Assembly: GCA_040400605.1 (NCBI GenBank)
Contig: JBBAPZ010000009.1
Coordinates: forward strand, 66,607-117,168
Length of the DNA stretch: 50,562 nucleotides
Source of the DNA: Candidatus Sericytochromatia bacterium
GTDB taxonomy: Bacteria; Cyanobacteriota; Sericytochromatia; S15B-MN24; JAQBPE01
Direction: 5' to 3'
In this document: piece by piece, positions 47,650-50,562 of the stretch
Position numbering within the stretch: the stretch's first letter is position 1
Layout: the number at the start of each line of letters is the position of its first letter
The notes under the pieces: model-generated
What the model was told of the DNA's origin: nothing
Database searches by the model: none
Seen by the model: the letters and a program-made list of their open reading frames with translations, nothing else
Made by a program: the position numbers and the translations under genes

Positions 47650-48840
47650 TCAGGCCCGTTCAAACACCAGAGCGGCCCCCATGCCACCCCCAACGCACAA
47701 ACCGACCACCCCACAACGCGCATCCCGACGCTTCAATTCGTACAGCAGGGTCAACGTGAGCCGCACACCAGTCGCCCCGATGGGGTGCCCCAAGGCGATC
47801 GCCCCCCCGTTCACGTTCAGCTTCTCCTTGGGCAAACCATACAGGCGATCGCACGCGATCACCTGCGCCGCAAACGCCTCGTTGATCTCAAACAAATCCA
47901 CCGCATCCTTATCCACACCCGCTTTCTTTAAAGCCTTGGGAATCGCCAGCGCCGGCCCCAACCCCATCCGCTCAGGCTCAAGACCCGCCACCGCATAACC
48001 CTTCAACGTCGCAAGCGGTATCAACCCCAACGCCTCACACTTATCGCGACTCATCATCACAAGCGCTGCCGCCGCATCATTCATAGGACACGAGTTACCC
48101 GGCGTCACCGTCCCACCTTCCTTGAAAATCGTGGGGTACATGGCCAAAGTTTGCGTATTCAACGCCGGATTCACACCCTCATCCTGTGCAAACGCCTCCG
48201 CAGCAACCGCCTTGCCTGCCACCTTCTTCGGCACCTGAACCGTCATCATCTCGTCCTTGAACCGTCCCTCACGCGTCGCCCGGAACGCCTTCTTGTGACT
48301 GTCCGCCGCAAACTTATCTTGATCCTCCCGCGTGATCCCAAACTCCTCCACCAGATTCTCAGCGGTCAAACCCATCATCTGGCCACACACCGGGTCAGTC
48401 AGTCCCTCCCACAACGTGTCAATGAACTGGCTGTGCCGCAAACGCTTGCCAAAACGCATATCCCGATTGACGTATGGCGCTGAACTCATCGACTCACAAC
48501 CAGCCACCATCACCACATCCGCATCCCCCAAGGCGATCGCCTGCGCGGCATTCATAATCGCCTGCACCCCCGACGCACAATTGCGATGCACCGTATAAGC
48601 CGGCACCTCCTTCGGAATCCCCGCATTCAACGCAATTACCCGCGCAATATTCGGTGCATCTGACCCCTGCGACGCACACCCCACAATCACCTCATCGATT
48701 ACCGAAGGATCCACCCCGGTACGCGAAAGCGCTTCAACCAATACCATCCGACCCAACTCCTGAGCCGACAGATCCTTTAACGCCCCACCAAAATTACCGA
48801 CCGGCGTCCGCACCCCACCAACAACCACCACTTCCCGCAT
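47650..48840 (-). CDS. Acetyl-CoA C-acyltransferase (thiolase)
   Basis: RTPVG, NCASG catalytic Cys, EINEAFA, GGAIALGHPIGATG, LCVGGGMG. Confidence 0.96.
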   Translation of the reverse strand: MREVVVVGGVRTPVGNFGGALKDLSAQELGRMVLVEALSRTGVDPSVIDEVIVGCASQGSDAPNIARVIALNAGIPKEVPAYTVHRNCASGVQAIMNAAQAIALGDADVVMVAGCESMSSAPYVNRDMRFGKRLRHSQFIDTLWEGLTDPVCGQMMGLTAENLVEEFGITREDQDKFAADSHKKAFRATREGRFKDEMMTVQVPKKVAGKAVAAEAFAQDEGVNPALNTQTLAMYPTIFKEGGTVTPGNSCPMNDAAAALVMMSRDKCEALGLIPLATLKGYAVAGLEPERMGLGPALAIPKALKKAGVDKDAVDLFEINEAFAAQVIACDRLYGLPKEKLNVNGGAIALGHPIGATGVRLTLTLLYELKRRDARCGVVGLCVGGGMGAALVFERA

Positions 48841-48973
48841 CTCGCCACACTCCCTTTATTACCAACCGTCCCCTATCAACACCCCAACCAATACCCCGGA
48901 CACCCGACCCCTCCGCATTCCAAACCCACTGCAACATCACACGCCCAGAAACGCCCAAAAAGGTAACCGCGCC

Positions 48974-49522
48974 TCAGCGCTCTCCCAAACCCACACCCCC
49001 CTGCGCCTGTCGCTCGTTCGCCAGCAACCCCTCCAAAAACACAATCTCATCACCATTGAGCCGCGTGTGGTAGCCAATCAGCGACAAGCGATACGTATCA
49101 AGCCCCTGTTCCGGCAACTGCGCCATCTCAAGCAAACTCTCCCGGTTCTCGCGTAAAAACTTCAAGCGACGTTCAAGCCACACCACCCGAGCCTCCGGAG
49201 ACAAATAACGAAAAAACACCAGACGAACCGTGAACTTGTGCGGATCCGAAATCTCCGTCAACACACCCATCTCGTTCATCATCCGCGCAAAACTGCGCTC
49301 ACCCGCATCGGTCAACCCGTACACGTGCTTGGCCGGCCCGCGCCGCGCCCGCACCGTCTCGCGCGCCAACTCACCGCGCTTCTCAAGGCGCCGCAGCGCG
49401 GGATACAAGGTGCCATAACTCAACGGCCAAATATGACCCACAATGAACGACAAATAATGCCGCAGCTCATAGCCGTGCATCCGTCGCTCACGCAACACAC
49501 CCAATATCGCCAATTCCAGCAT
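48974..49522 (-). CDS. PadR family transcriptional regulator
   Basis: LELAILGVL...MHGYEL...SYGTLYPALRRLE...YGLTDAG. Confidence 0.93.
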   Translation of the reverse strand: MLELAILGVLRERRMHGYELRHYLSFIVGHIWPLSYGTLYPALRRLEKRGELARETVRARRGPAKHVYGLTDAGERSFARMMNEMGVLTEISDPHKFTVRLVFFRYLSPEARVVWLERRLKFLRENRESLLEMAQLPEQGLDTYRLSLIGYHTRLNGDEIVFLEGLLANERQAQGGVGLGER

Positions 49523-49592
49523 GGGCCACCTCGCCACGGCGAACGCCCTCGTCTCAACCGCTCATCATACTCATACCCACACTGCTGGCGAA

Positions 49593-49630
49593 TATATCGA
49601 AACACCATATTTATATCGAACAAGCATAAT
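49593..49630. promoter_or_regulatory. Tandem 19-bp direct repeat upstream of padR; candidate operator
   Basis: tatatcgaaacaccatatt / tatatcgaacaagcataat (15/19 identical) in an AT-rich patch. Confidence 0.5.
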
Positions 49631-49749
49631 ATATGTAGAATCAATAACAATGACAGGCGATCACGGCTCGGGTGAGCTGAAAACAAAAAAGACCAGAAGG
49701 GCGTAAAAACACAACCCATCCGGCCAATTGATTGTTTCAGAAACGAAAG

Positions 49750-50268
49750 TTATTTTTTAACCTGCGAAAAGGACTTCAAATCCACTGGTCTGACTGCCGC
49801 GACGAAACCGGCCAGAGCCGCCAATCCCAAGCCCACCACAGCCCCTGTTGCCGTAAACTGAAAAAAAACAGACCACGGAAACGGCGCAAGCAACGATGCC
49901 GCGCTCGCAACAACCAATCCAACACCGGCGCCGATGCCAGTGCTCAAAGACGCCATGCCCACAGATGACGGACGATTAAGGCCCTCAAAAAAAGTATTGC
50001 GACGATTGACCACACCACGATTAACCGTGCCAGCCCTCCCGTCCAAGAGTACCGTCCGTCCAGCCTGAACACTTTTAATGTTCAAGCCACGGCCAGCCAG
50101 GACCATCTGATCCCCACCAAGATTGAACGGCACCACATCAGCACCACTGCGCGCTGATATACGAGCAGCCTCAGCCTCTTGCCCCGGCTTGATTGTCACC
50201 ACCCGCGAAGGACCTTGCGCATTCAGTTGCAAATCCTCAATTCTCAGCGGCTGATTCACCGTCGACAT
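49750..50268 (-). CDS. Hypothetical protein with two C-terminal Gly-rich hydrophobic helices
   Basis: 172-aa ORF with SD AAGGAG; no N-terminal signal peptide. Confidence 0.7.
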   Translation of the reverse strand: MSTVNQPLRIEDLQLNAQGPSRVVTIKPGQEAEAARISARSGADVVPFNLGGDQMVLAGRGLNIKSVQAGRTVLLDGRAGTVNRGVVNRRNTFFEGLNRPSSVGMASLSTGIGAGVGLVVASAASLLAPFPWSVFFQFTATGAVVGLGLAALAGFVAAVRPVDLKSFSQVKK

Positions 50269-50308
50269 ATCTTGGAACTCCTTAAACTAAAATACGCTTA
50301 CTTTATAC

Positions 50309-50487
50309 TTATAGATAATTAGTCGCTAACCTTGCGTGTCTACTTAAGCAACGCGTGTCAAAAATCTCCATGTTTCATCGTTGGGTTCTATTGTCCTCAT
50401 GCTGGTTTCCGGGATTGGCTCAGTGATGATTATCTGGAGAAACCCTGAGACGGCTTCTTAAATGATCACACATGAGTCGCTAACCTT
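50309..50487 (-). promoter_or_regulatory. Sigma28-like promoter plus a duplicated 13-bp element upstream of the 172-aa gene
   Basis: Minus strand GCAAGGTT-N11-ATCTATAA (50309-50335). AGTCGCTAACCTT occurs at both 50321-50333 and 50475-50487. Confidence 0.4.
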
Positions 50488-50562
50488 ACTCGCATTAAGG
50501 TTCAAAATTTAGTTAAATCAGAAAAGTCTGGCTACTACTCACCGGCCGTAACCAGGGAGCGG

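Larger units (their letters stand above)
562..48540. repeat. Dispersed HIP1-type octamer palindrome GCGATCGC, at least 36 copies
   Basis: Hand-counted start positions: 562, 4818, 5263, 8536, 9506, 10990, 12087, 14026, 14630, 16640, 22004, 24483, 26979, 28061, 28638, 29644, 31094, 31931, 32521, 33303, 34861, 35197, 35960, 36508, 37042, 40795, 41523, 42609, 43214, 43958, 44101, 45311, 45873, 47795, 47845, 48533. Confidence 0.85.

Overview
About 50.5 kb of chromosome from a diderm bacterium (roughly 55-60% GC by eye). It holds about 38 protein-coding genes. I found no rRNA, tRNA, CRISPR array, transposase or integrase. Left to right: (1) pirin, an AAA_14/DUF4143 ATPase with three 22-bp palindromic repeats over its promoter, and cassette-like GNAT/Cdd1/VOC genes behind an attC-like hairpin; (2) two phytase-like paralogs with patchy perfect identity, bracketing an orphan papain-like protein and glpK; (3) envelope genes: a beta-barrel, an AMIN protein, two metallopeptidase-PD40-Omp85 paralogs, a 3xLysM protein and a circularly permuted PafA-type phosphatase; (4) a tightly coupled lipid-tailoring cluster I cannot match to a known pathway (DAGK, GNAT-like, OleC-like ligase, UbiA-like, RPH-like dikinase, AurF-like diiron, sterol desaturase, BtaA-like, MMPL); (5) a PadR-led beta-oxidation/ETF operon. 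The cyanobacterial HIP1 octamer GCGATCGC occurs at least 36 times by hand count, against about 1-2 expected, in a window with purely heterotrophic gene content. This suggests, by inference only, a non-photosynthetic relative of cyanobacteria. A sigma28-like motif precedes several signal-peptide-less orphan genes. All family calls come from motif recognition by eye; no database searches were run.
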